Shown here: piece by piece, positions 46,164-55,304 of the stretch
Layout of the letters: every line of letters starts with the position of its first letter
Position numbering within the stretch: position 1 is the first letter of the stretch
Assembly (NCBI GenBank): GCA_965203515.1
Contig: OZ241907.1
Location: forward strand, 2,432,001 to 2,496,000
Length of the DNA stretch: 64,000 bases
DNA from: Spirochaetia bacterium
Lineage (GTDB): Bacteria > Spirochaetota > Spirochaetia > SZUA-6 > Bin103
Direction: 5' to 3'
Program-made: the position numbers and the translations under genes
The notes under the pieces: generated by a model
Database searches by the model: none
Told to the model about the DNA's origin: nothing
The model's input: only the letters and a program-made list of their open reading frames with translations

Positions 46164-47396
46164 ATGGAGAAGACGCAGGAAAACACTCAATCCGGCTTTC
46201 CAGTCCGGGAAGCTCCGTTGCGAGACGGCAGCACGTTGGCGATCGAGGTTGCCGAACCGCCGTTCAGCCGCTCATGCGACTGGGAGCGGCTCTGCTGGTG
46301 GCCGCTGATCCGCGAGGAGGTGATGCGGGGGAATCTCAATCGCTGGATGCTCGCCCCGCACTTCGTCGGCCGCATCGACGGCCAGATCGCCGGCACGATG
46401 TGCTATTACGCGCCGCGCGACACCCGCGACGTGGGCACGCTGCAGTTCGTCTCCACCGAGGAGCGATTCCGTCGTCGGGGCGTCGCTTCGGCGCTCGTGG
46501 GAGCGCTCATTCGCCACTTCACCGCGCAAGGAGGCCGGGCACTGTACCTGTGCACCACCAACCCGGTCGCCGGCCATCTGTACGAGAGCCATGGCTTTCG
46601 CTACCACGTCGGCGACGGCATGCGTTACCTGGCCCCCGACGCCGACGACTTCGACCGTCGCTGGTTCGCCGCCGGCCGCACGGCCATACGCGACGCGCAC
46701 TGGGGCGATCTGGCCCGGCTCTGCGTGCTCTACAACCATCCCGATCCGCCGTGGCTGATCAAGGACTCGCTATCGGCATCGCTCCGCGACACGCGGTACG
46801 AAAGCCACTTCGTCCGGGTATTTCGCGCGACCGAGGACGGCAATGGCGCGTTCCTGGTGCTGGAGGCGCCGGGCGCGCGCGTGGTCGGCGCAGTCGCCTT
46901 CCGGCGGTTCGACACCTTCTGCGATCAGCACGTGGCGGAGCTGAGCTTTCGCATCGGCCGGCCGCACTTCGACCGCGCCGCCGAACTGCTGAACGCCGCG
47001 GCCGAACGCGCGTCCGCGCTCGGTATCGAGCAGTTGGCGCTGACGGTCGCCGCCCAGGACGGCGAGCAGCGCCGCCTGGCGGAGTCGGCCGGCTTCGTCG
47101 AGGGTGCGCGATGGCCGCGGCGGCTGCGCTCCGGCGGCGGATGCACCGATCTCCTGATCATGCTGCGCGAGCTGACGCCGACGGCTCCCGGCAAGCCTCG
47201 GGAGTCGTTCTACGGCGAGCGCCAGCCGTGGCAGGCGGAACGTGTCGCCGGCCGAGGCGCCGCGTCAGCCGTATCGGTGCGCGGCGATGAACTCCCAGTC
47301 GAGGGTGACGCCCAACCCGGGGCCGGCCGGCACCGCCACCGTGCCGTCGGCGTCGATGAGGATGCGCTCCCGGGTGGTCCGCCAGCGCAACGGTGA
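46164..47396 (+). CDS. Tandem-domain GNAT family acetyltransferase
   Basis: FVSTEERFRRRGVAS (motif A), LYESHGF, and a second degenerate GNAT half (ESAGFVE). The 3' end overlaps the convergent gene. Confidence 0.75.
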   Translation: MEKTQENTQSGFPVREAPLRDGSTLAIEVAEPPFSRSCDWERLCWWPLIREEVMRGNLNRWMLAPHFVGRIDGQIAGTMCYYAPRDTRDVGTLQFVSTEERFRRRGVASALVGALIRHFTAQGGRALYLCTTNPVAGHLYESHGFRYHVGDGMRYLAPDADDFDRRWFAAGRTAIRDAHWGDLARLCVLYNHPDPPWLIKDSLSASLRDTRYESHFVRVFRATEDGNGAFLVLEAPGARVVGAVAFRRFDTFCDQHVAELSFRIGRPHFDRAAELLNAAAERASALGIEQLALTVAAQDGEQRRLAESAGFVEGARWPRRLRSGGGCTDLLIMLRELTPTAPGKPRESFYGERQPWQAERVAGRGAASAVSVRGDELPVEGDAQPGAGRHRHRAVGVDEDALPGGPPAQR

Positions 47397-48395
47397 GGAA
47401 CTGGTCGAGTATTCCAGCACCTCGGCGTCGCGGTGGTTGGCCAGGAAGTGCAGGTTGGCGGCGATCTCGATATTGGTCTTGTACCCGTGCGGAATCACCC
47501 GCCGACCGCGTTCGGCCGCCGCGTCGGCGATGCGCCGGATGTGGGTGAAGCCTCCCACCTGGGTGATGTCGGGCTGACAGATGTCGGCCGCGCCGCGCTC
47601 CATCGCCTCGATGAACTCGTCCACGTGGGTGAGGCCCAGGTCGCCCACGCCGAGCGGCACGCCGCGGCCGGCCATGCGCGCGTGGCCAGCCACGTCGTCC
47701 AGCGGCAGCGGCGCCTCCAGGAACCAGACGCCGACCTGTTGCAGGATCGGAAGCAGGCGCAGCCCCTCCTCCGCGGTCCGGTAGGCCATCTGCGCGTCGA
47801 CGATCAGCTTGGCCGCCGCGCCGGCCTCCACGCGGCCCGCCTGCAGCAGGCGAGCCGTGGCGTCCGTATCGTCCATCCACCACGGATCGGCCGAGAACTT
47901 GAAGTTGCGCAGGCCCAGGCCGCGCGCCGCGGCGACCTGCGCGCGCACCTCCTCGACCTCGCGGGCCATAGGGTAGATCGTCCCGTACGCCTCGACCCGC
48001 TCGCGGCGGCGCCCGCCGAGCAGCGTCGAGATCGGCCGGCCGGCCGCCTGCCCGGCGATGTCCCAGAGCGCGAGGTCGATGCCGCCGATGGCGTGCATCA
48101 TCAGGCCGCGGCGGCCCACGTAGTCGGTGGCGTCGTACATGAGCTGCCAGAGCCGCTCGGGATCGGTCGGATCCCGGCCGATCAGCAGCTCGCGCAGCCC
48201 GCGCGCGTGGTTGTGGGCGGCGCGCGAACGCACGATGCCCTGGATGGCCGCCGGCAGCGATTCCACCTCGCCGATGCCGGTCAGCCCCTCGTCGGTGCGC
48301 ACGACGATCACGCAGTCGTCATAGGAGCCGTCGAACAGGCCGATGTTGGGGTCCTCGATACGGACGTGCAGCGCATCGACGTCGGTGATCTTCAT
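47265..48395 (-). CDS. Mandelate racemase / muconate-lactonising enzyme (enolase superfamily) protein
   Basis: MKITDV, TDEGLTGIGE, GIDLALWDI.G, IVDA, FLEAP, DICQPD and PGLGV. Start ATG 48395. Confidence 0.9.
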   Translation of the reverse strand: MKITDVDALHVRIEDPNIGLFDGSYDDCVIVVRTDEGLTGIGEVESLPAAIQGIVRSRAAHNHARGLRELLIGRDPTDPERLWQLMYDATDYVGRRGLMMHAIGGIDLALWDIAGQAAGRPISTLLGGRRRERVEAYGTIYPMAREVEEVRAQVAAARGLGLRNFKFSADPWWMDDTDATARLLQAGRVEAGAAAKLIVDAQMAYRTAEEGLRLLPILQQVGVWFLEAPLPLDDVAGHARMAGRGVPLGVGDLGLTHVDEFIEAMERGAADICQPDITQVGGFTHIRRIADAAAERGRRVIPHGYKTNIEIAANLHFLANHRDAEVLEYSTSSSPLRWRTTRERILIDADGTVAVPAGPGLGVTLDWEFIAAHRYG

Positions 48396-49666
48396 ACATC
48401 GAGCCTGGCAGCGAGGCTGGCAGCGAAGATCGTGAGCTTGGTCGAGTCGCCGATCTGCTCCAGGCGGGGGCGGCGGCCGGACAACCGTTCGCTGTCGCGG
48501 ACCAGTTTCAGAAAGCCCTCCCCTCGCGCTTCCATGTAGCTGGCGCCGGTGAGCGGGCTCTTGTAATCGCGCATGAAGCCGGCCAGGAACTGGTTGCGGC
48601 GGGCCGGCTGGCACCCCGCGTACAGGTTTTCGACGGTGAGCGTGTTGTACAGGGCGCCGGGGTTCCGCCACTCGATGCGGTCCGGGAACAGGCGGATGAT
48701 GATCTGCGATCCACGCTCCTCGTAATCGCGGTGGACTACCGCGTTGACGACCGCCTCCTGCAGCGCCGTATGAACGTAGCTCGGATAGTCGCGGCGGCCG
48801 TCCTCGTCCTTCCTGGACACGGTGGGGATCAACGGCGAAGCGCCGAAGTAGGTGATGACCTGCGCGATCTGCTCCGGCAGCGGCCCGGTGAATCGCCTGC
48901 TGTCGACCGTGTTGCCGTCGGCCGTGACGTGGTGGTATGCGGCCACGTCGACGTACGCTCCGGGCAGATACCGCTCCGGCCGCTCCGCGAACAGGAGGAT
49001 TCCCAGGTGCGTGGGAACGACGCCTGCATCGGTGGCCGCGGCCAGTTTGTGGGCCACCAGCGTATCCGACCAGTCGTCCGGCGGCGACCAGCCCGGAAAC
49101 CGGTCGCGGAAATACTTCGCCAGCCGCAGATCGTGGAGATCGGCGAGCGTGCTGCCGAACACCGGCCGCTCCTCGATCGGGCTGGCCAATCGGCGGACGC
49201 TCAACATGCGCGCAAGCCGTTCGGCGGGCATCAGCCGCCGGTGGCTGCCGATGCGGTGCAGAAATCGGCCGTCGCTGGTCTGGTGCACGTCGAACGACGG
49301 AGGGACTTCGACTATCAGACACAGGACCGGCACTCGGTCGGCCCCCGGCAGATACTCCCAGTTCAACGTCGGGACGATCATGGGCACGCAGTTGACGGTC
49401 GCCGCGTTGATCACGAATTGCTCCAGGAGATCGCGCCGGTCGGGATCGATCCCGACCGGCGTTCGGTCGGTGTCGCGTATCCCCATCACCACGGTCCCGC
49501 CCCTGGTGTTCGCCATACTCACGAACACCTCGGCGAGCCGCGGACCCGCGCGGGACTCATCCCGGGCGAACGCGACCCGGTTGCCTCGGAACACCACCTC
49601 CTTCAGCTCGAGCTCGGTATCCTCACCGGCCTGAATCGAGGCGATGAGAGCGTTCGTGTCCAGCAC
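48392..49666 (-). CDS. Schlafen/AlbA_2 + RecG-C-like (HATPase_c_4) protein
   Basis: GEDTELELKE, SMANTRGGTVVMGIRD, ALQEAVVNAVVHRDY, DRIEWRNPG and MEARGEG. Confidence 0.88.
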   Translation of the reverse strand: MLDTNALIASIQAGEDTELELKEVVFRGNRVAFARDESRAGPRLAEVFVSMANTRGGTVVMGIRDTDRTPVGIDPDRRDLLEQFVINAATVNCVPMIVPTLNWEYLPGADRVPVLCLIVEVPPSFDVHQTSDGRFLHRIGSHRRLMPAERLARMLSVRRLASPIEERPVFGSTLADLHDLRLAKYFRDRFPGWSPPDDWSDTLVAHKLAAATDAGVVPTHLGILLFAERPERYLPGAYVDVAAYHHVTADGNTVDSRRFTGPLPEQIAQVITYFGASPLIPTVSRKDEDGRRDYPSYVHTALQEAVVNAVVHRDYEERGSQIIIRLFPDRIEWRNPGALYNTLTVENLYAGCQPARRNQFLAGFMRDYKSPLTGASYMEARGEGFLKLVRDSERLSGRRPRLEQIGDSTKLTIFAASLAARLDV

Positions 49667-49669
49667 GAT

Positions 49670-50482
49670 TCACGCCCCCGGGTGCGTTTCCTGCTCGGCT
49701 CTCCATTGCTCGTACTCGCGCTGTCCCTCCTCGCTCAGCGGGTAGTACGTGCCGATCGAGCCGCCCTCGGCGAGTCGGAGGCGGCTGAACTCCTCCCATT
49801 CCTCGTGGGCGGTGGTGCCTACGGCCAGATCGCTCGCCATCTTGCGCGGGACGATCACGGCGCCATCGTCGTCGGCGATGACGATGTCGCCGGGCATGGC
49901 CAGCACGCGGCTCAGCGCGACCGGCACGTTGTAGGCCCACGGGAACAGCGACGCCTGCGAGGCGTAGTGCGGGGTGACGCCGACCGTCCAGAGCGGCAGC
50001 CCGATGGTGCGCACCTTGGGCCAGTCGCGGATGCAGCCGTCGACCACCAGGCCGACGCCGCCCCGGCCCTTGAGGTAGGTGATCAGCATCTCGCCCAGGC
50101 AGCCGGTGTAGCGGTCTCCGTACGCCTGCACCACCAGCACGTCGCCGGCGCGTATCTCGTCGAGCACGCGCCACAGCGCGCTCACCTTCTCCGCCTGCTC
50201 CTGGCCGATGCCGGAGGCGATGTCCTCACGCTGCGGCATGAACTGCAAGGTGACCGCGGTGCCGATGATCTTGGCGCCGGGCAGCCGCGCCACCGGCCCC
50301 TGGACGAAGCTCTGCCGTACCCCCATGCCGTGCAGCCCGGCCGCCGCGGTCGCGGCGCTGACGCGGCTGAGTCGTTCGATCAGCTCGGGTTCGGCGCGGG
50401 GAAAGTCGGGTCCATGAATCGGCAGCGTCAGGCCGGCCGGCATGTGCTGCGGGCCGACGCGGCGTTCTTCGTGATCGGTCAC
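49670..50482 (-). CDS. RraA-like / HMG aldolase family protein
   Basis: GTAVTLQF, GDVLVV, LGEML, VVDGCIRD and PGDIVIADDDG. GTG 50482 with AAGGAG RBS. Confidence 0.85.
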   Translation of the reverse strand: MTDHEERRVGPQHMPAGLTLPIHGPDFPRAEPELIERLSRVSAATAAAGLHGMGVRQSFVQGPVARLPGAKIIGTAVTLQFMPQREDIASGIGQEQAEKVSALWRVLDEIRAGDVLVVQAYGDRYTGCLGEMLITYLKGRGGVGLVVDGCIRDWPKVRTIGLPLWTVGVTPHYASQASLFPWAYNVPVALSRVLAMPGDIVIADDDGAVIVPRKMASDLAVGTTAHEEWEEFSRLRLAEGGSIGTYYPLSEEGQREYEQWRAEQETHPGA

Positions 50483-50510
50483 GGGGGGCTCCTTGCGGGT
50501 GACGGCGCGG

Positions 50511-52430
50511 TCAGTCCCAGGGGGTATGATAGCCGGGCGAGCCGGCGTAACGGTCGATCTCAAGGGTCAGACGCAGCTCGCTGCCGGCCGGCAACGCGAC
50601 CTGCAGGTAGCGGCCGCCCACCTCCAGCGAGCGCGGCTCGGTGCGGAGCTCCGGCGGCGGGCCGTTGCCGATCGGCCCCGGGTAGTGGCTGACCCGTTCC
50701 GGGAACGCGGCCCGCCGGAACCGGTGCTCGCCGAAGCCGCCCGCCTGCAGGACCACGATGCGATCGTCGGCCCCGCTGGTGTTGACCAGGTGCAGGCGCA
50801 GACCGCCGGGATCGACCGAGGTCACCAGCGCGGCGACGTCGGCCGGCAGCCCCGGCCGCCGCCACTGCGCGTCGAAGTAGCGCAGGCGGCAGTGGAGCAG
50901 TCCGCCGTTGTAGATGATCTGCGGCGAGCCGGTGGTGAGCTGCACCAGCGCCTCGGTGGTGATCGGGTTGGCGTCCTGCCAGTGGTGGATGTGCACGGTG
51001 GCGATGTCCGCGTCGTCGCGGCGGATCTGGTCGAGGCGGCGGCACGCCTGGGCGTATGCCTGCCCCAGAATCGCCTCGGGGTAGTCGGGGTTGTCGCCGC
51101 ACAGATACGCCAGCCATGCCGGTTCGTGATCGGCGTCCTCCTTGCCGCGCATCGGCACCACCCTGCGCCAGTCAGCGCTGGAACGCGCGCGGATGGCGAG
51201 CAGTCGATCCCAGTCCTGGTCGGCCTCGGTCACGTTCCAGAGCGCCGCCGGCACGCGGGTCGACATGGGCTGGAAGTCGAACCATCCATGGTCGCCGTAC
51301 CGGTACGGGACCACGAACTCGACCGCCCCCGGCGGCTGCGCGGCGAAGTGCTCCGGCAGGCTCATCGAAAGCTCGGCGACCGGCATGTCGCGGCCCTGCT
51401 TCCAGACCGCGTCGAACTGTCGGCGCGGCAGGTCCAGGAAGCGCTCCTCGCCGCTGATCAGGAAGGCGTTGAGCGCCGCGTCGAGCGCCGCGTAGCCGAT
51501 GTTGTAGTAGCCGTGCGGCCACGTCCAACCGTACAGGCCGCCGTACCACTTGCCGTCCAGGTACTCCCCCACCCGGCCGGACAGACCGACGTTGTCCGGC
51601 AGCAGCCCGTCGGCCGCCCGCGCCCGCCCCAACCACGCGCCGACGTACTCCAGGACCCAGTCGCGGTAGCGCTCCTCTCCGGTGAGCAGGAACGCGTTGG
51701 TCACCAGGCTGGTGACGCACAGGTTGCCGGCCACGTCGCCGCGTCCCATGCGCTCCTCCATCACCTGGCCCATCCGGCGGGCCAGCGCCGGGTCGCGCAG
51801 ATCGTCATAGCTGGCGATGCCGGGTACGTCGTGGTACGGCAGACCGTAGCGGGACATCCCGGCCGACCAGCCGTAGACCGGCTCGTTCAGGAAGAAGCCC
51901 CAGCGCGGCCCGCCGGCGCCGTTGTGCGGGGCGCGGATCAGGCGCCGCTGCCGGTCGTAGTTGGGCGCCTCCGGGTCGGTCCCCAGGTAGAAGCCGGCGA
52001 ACCGCTCCGCCCGCTTGCGCAGCAGCATGTCGCCGGGATCGGCAAGGCAGAGCGCGTAGAAGTAGGTGTAACTCTCCGACTGGTGGAACTGGTCGTAGCC
52101 CAGCTCGTACTCGCGCCGGAGCACGCCGTAGGAGGTGAGCTGCTCGGTCACCGCGTCCCACTGCCGGTGGCTGAGCCGCAGCAGATCGGGGTCGCCGCCG
52201 AGCAGGTAATAGAGCGGCCAGTTGCCGAACGACTCGTAGAAGTCGTCGGCGCCGTCGCGGCTGGGATAGCCCTCGCTGGCCGCGTCGCGCCAGATCAGGG
52301 TCCCCTCCGCGTCGGTGTACTTGTCCAGAAACGGATCGACCGCCGCGTCCAGCAGGTCGAACAGACGCCGCTGCAACGCCGCCCAGGCCGGGAGCCGCGT
52401 GTACGGCGTGGTCGCGGTGATGGTGGTCAC
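50511..52430 (-). CDS. Hypothetical ~640-aa protein
   Basis: Protein-like composition (RDGADDFYESF.NWP, GYDQFHQSE, GKWYGGLYGWTWPHG); GTG 52430 with GAGGAG RBS; operonic. Confidence 0.8.
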   Translation of the reverse strand: MTTITATTPYTRLPAWAALQRRLFDLLDAAVDPFLDKYTDAEGTLIWRDAASEGYPSRDGADDFYESFGNWPLYYLLGGDPDLLRLSHRQWDAVTEQLTSYGVLRREYELGYDQFHQSESYTYFYALCLADPGDMLLRKRAERFAGFYLGTDPEAPNYDRQRRLIRAPHNGAGGPRWGFFLNEPVYGWSAGMSRYGLPYHDVPGIASYDDLRDPALARRMGQVMEERMGRGDVAGNLCVTSLVTNAFLLTGEERYRDWVLEYVGAWLGRARAADGLLPDNVGLSGRVGEYLDGKWYGGLYGWTWPHGYYNIGYAALDAALNAFLISGEERFLDLPRRQFDAVWKQGRDMPVAELSMSLPEHFAAQPPGAVEFVVPYRYGDHGWFDFQPMSTRVPAALWNVTEADQDWDRLLAIRARSSADWRRVVPMRGKEDADHEPAWLAYLCGDNPDYPEAILGQAYAQACRRLDQIRRDDADIATVHIHHWQDANPITTEALVQLTTGSPQIIYNGGLLHCRLRYFDAQWRRPGLPADVAALVTSVDPGGLRLHLVNTSGADDRIVVLQAGGFGEHRFRRAAFPERVSHYPGPIGNGPPPELRTEPRSLEVGGRYLQVALPAGSELRLTLEIDRYAGSPGYHTPWD

Positions 52431-52440
52431 CGGCGGCTCC

Positions 52441-53235
52441 TCACGTCTCCGGCAGCTCGTTGCGGAAGTTGTCCTGGGGACCGAACGCCTCCCAGGCGCT
52501 GTTGAAGAAGGCGCGCTGCGCATCGGTGAGCATGGCCATCGTCTCCGCGCCGGGTATGCGGTCGCGCTGCCAATGGTAGGTGGCCGCGCGGTCGTTGTAC
52601 TTGTAGAACAGGCCGTAGCGCGGCTCTTCAGCCGTCCAGCGGTTGGCGCCGTGGGCCAGGGTCTCGGTGAAGATGATGGCCGATCCCTTGGGCGCGGGGA
52701 TGTTCCGCACCAGCGGGCCGTCGACGGCGTACAGCCGGTCGCGGTCCTGGTCCGGTACGCGGAAGTCGGACTTGTGCGAGCCGGGAATGCAGGCGAAGCC
52801 GCCGTCCTTTGCCGTGATCTCCTGCAGCGCGAACGAGACCACGGTGAGCCCCGTGAAGATCCGGTCGCCCTGCACGGCGTAGCGGAAGTTGACCCTGCCG
52901 CCGCGATGGCCGCCGTGCATCTCGAACTGCGGGCAGCCCTTGGAGCGCACGAAGCTGTAGGCGCTCTCCAGGCGCAGCTTGGGACCGATGATCTCGGTCA
53001 GCACTTCCAGCAGCCGGGGATGGTCGATCAGCGAAATGAACGGCTCGCCCGCTTCGATCAAACCGGCGCAACGGTGCCAGGTGCCGTTGGCGTCGTAGCC
53101 GTCTGGGGTCTTGGCGAGCGGCTGCATGCGCTCGCGGATCTTGCGCTTGGCGGTCTCACACTGTTCACCGGTGAGCACGTCCTCGACCAGCAGGTAGCCC
53201 TGCAGGTCGAACAGGTATTTCTGCGTGGCGGTCAT
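52441..53235 (-). CDS. PhyH-like Fe(II)/2OG oxygenase with HxG motif
   Basis: YLFDLQGYL, DGGFACIPGSHK and IFTETLAHGA; the first metal motif reads MHGG. Confidence 0.8.
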   Translation of the reverse strand: MTATQKYLFDLQGYLLVEDVLTGEQCETAKRKIRERMQPLAKTPDGYDANGTWHRCAGLIEAGEPFISLIDHPRLLEVLTEIIGPKLRLESAYSFVRSKGCPQFEMHGGHRGGRVNFRYAVQGDRIFTGLTVVSFALQEITAKDGGFACIPGSHKSDFRVPDQDRDRLYAVDGPLVRNIPAPKGSAIIFTETLAHGANRWTAEEPRYGLFYKYNDRAATYHWQRDRIPGAETMAMLTDAQRAFFNSAWEAFGPQDNFRNELPET

Positions 53236-53429
53236 GCCGCCAAGCCTATGGTCTCGTCAAGCGCCCGACAAGTGGGGGCGCATTCCTCCTCCGGGAGGGA
53301 CGCCTGCGGCGGCGCTGCCGGCCGGCGCGCAAGAGCGCTTAGCTTAGCGCGGCGCTGCCGTCGATTTTCTTGGAAAATCAGCGGCGGAGCCGTTGATTTC
53401 AAGGATGATGCCGCGTATGCTCCGGGACG

Positions 53430-54590
53430 GTGTACGCACGAGCGCTGGACGTCAGGGAGCTCGCCGCCCGCAAGTCGCTGTTTCTGTTCGGTCCCCGCAG
53501 CACCGGCAAGACCACGCTGCTGCGCGCGCAGTTCGACGCGCGCGCGATTCTGGATCTCCTGCGCAGCAGCGTATACCTGCCGCTCGCCGAGCATCCATGG
53601 CGCCTGCGCGAGGTGGTGGCCGAAGGCCGCGTCGATGCCGCGGCCGGCGCGCCGGTCGTCGTCATCGACGAGATCCAGAAGCTGCCCCGGCTGCTCGACG
53701 AGGTGCATGACCTGATCGAGACGAAGGGGATCCGCTTCGTGCTGAGCGGTTCCAGCGGCCGCAAGCTCACGCGCGGCGGCGTGAACCTGCTGGGCGGCCG
53801 CGCGTGGCAGGCCAACCTGTTCCCGCTGACGAGCGCGGAGGTGCCGGAGCTGGACCTGGGCCGCTACCTCCTGCACGGCGGGCTGCCGCAGGTCTACGGC
53901 GCCGCGTATCCGGAGGAGGAGCTCGACGCGTACGTCAACACGTACCTCGCCGAAGAGATCCGCGGCGAGGCGCTGGTCCGGAACTTCGTTCACTTCTCCC
54001 GGTTTCTGAACGTCGCCGCGGTTTCCAACGGCCAGCAGCTCAACTTTGCGAACGTGGCGCGCGACACCGGGGTACCCGCCACCTCGGTGCGTTCCTACTT
54101 CGACATCCTCGCGGACACCTTCATCGGGTTCCTGCTGCAACCCTGGCGCGGTTCCCGCCGGCGCAAGGCCGCGGCGACGGCCAAGTTCTACTTCTTCGAC
54201 GTGGGCGTGGCCAACTTCCTGCGCGGCATCCGCACGTTGAACCGGAACGGCAGCGAGTACGGCGTCGCGTTCGAGCACTTCATCGCCATGGAGCTGCGCA
54301 GCTACCTCTCCTACCGGCGCGTACGGAGCGAGCTCACCTACTGGCGCACGCAGAGCGGAATAGAGGTCGACTTCCTGGTCGGTTCGGCAGCGGCCGTCGA
54401 GGTCAAGGCGTCGAGCCGGGTCTCCGACCGCGACCTGCGCGGTCTGCGCGCCCTGGCCGAAGAACGCCCCGGCGCCACGTCCTTCCTGGTCTCCTTCGAC
54501 GAGTTGGACCGGCGCACCGACGACGGCATCCGCCTCCTGCATTGGCGGACGTTCCTTGCCGAACTCTGGGGCGATGCATTTTCCTGGTAG
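53430..54590 (+). CDS. AAA_14 ATPase with DUF4143 domain (COG1373-like)
   Basis: GPRSTGKT, IDEIQK, LSGSS, GGLP, KFYFFDVG and YWRT.SG.EVDF...VEVK. Confidence 0.9.
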   Translation: MYARALDVRELAARKSLFLFGPRSTGKTTLLRAQFDARAILDLLRSSVYLPLAEHPWRLREVVAEGRVDAAAGAPVVVIDEIQKLPRLLDEVHDLIETKGIRFVLSGSSGRKLTRGGVNLLGGRAWQANLFPLTSAEVPELDLGRYLLHGGLPQVYGAAYPEEELDAYVNTYLAEEIRGEALVRNFVHFSRFLNVAAVSNGQQLNFANVARDTGVPATSVRSYFDILADTFIGFLLQPWRGSRRRKAAATAKFYFFDVGVANFLRGIRTLNRNGSEYGVAFEHFIAMELRSYLSYRRVRSELTYWRTQSGIEVDFLVGSAAAVEVKASSRVSDRDLRGLRALAEERPGATSFLVSFDELDRRTDDGIRLLHWRTFLAELWGDAFSW

Positions 54591-54599
54591 CATGCTGAG

Positions 54600-55304
54600 A
54601 TGATCGATCGCTCCACCACGGCGCCCGATTATCGGGAACGGTTCGCGCACTTCGCCGCCCGCTCCGGGCTGTTGCGCTTCGGGCGGTTCACCACCAGGTC
54701 GGGGCGCGCGTCGCCGTACTTCTTCGACACCGGCGCGTGCGCGGACGGGGCGGCGCTGGATGAGCTGGGCGGCTACTACGCCGCCGCGATCGCCGACCGG
54801 TTCCCGGATGCGACGCTGCTGTTCGGACCGGCATACAAGGGGATCACGCTGGCCGCCGCGGCGGCGATCGCCCTCAGCCGGGGCCGCGCGCAACCGGTCG
54901 GCTTCTGCTTCGACCGCAAGGAGCGCAAGGAGCACGGCGAGGGCGGACTGCTGGTCGGCCGGCTCCCCGTCGCCGGCGACCGCGTGGTGATCGTCGACGA
55001 CGTGATCACCGACGGGGCCTCCAAACGGCAGGCGATCGAGCTCCTGCGGCGGGAGACCGGCATCCGTCCCGCCGGGCTGCTGGTGGCGGTCGACCGCCAG
55101 GAACGGGGCGCCGGCGACCGCAGCGCCCTGGACGAGCTGTCCGGCGAGCTCGACCTGCCCGCGGCGGCCGTCGCCACGATCCGCCAGGTCGTCGACGTCC
55201 TGGCGCGGCAGCCGGTCGGCGGCCGCCTGCTGATCGACGCCGCGCTGCGCCGCCGCATCGAAGCCTATCTGCAGCAGTACGCGCCGCGACCGCCGGCAGC
55301 CTGA
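54600..55304 (+). CDS. pyrE: Orotate phosphoribosyltransferase
   Basis: FGRF...SGR.SPYFF, GPAYKGI, DRKE.K.HGEGG, VDDVITDG and VDRQE. Confidence 0.95.
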   Translation: MIDRSTTAPDYRERFAHFAARSGLLRFGRFTTRSGRASPYFFDTGACADGAALDELGGYYAAAIADRFPDATLLFGPAYKGITLAAAAAIALSRGRAQPVGFCFDRKERKEHGEGGLLVGRLPVAGDRVVIVDDVITDGASKRQAIELLRRETGIRPAGLLVAVDRQERGAGDRSALDELSGELDLPAAAVATIRQVVDVLARQPVGGRLLIDAALRRRIEAYLQQYAPRPPAA

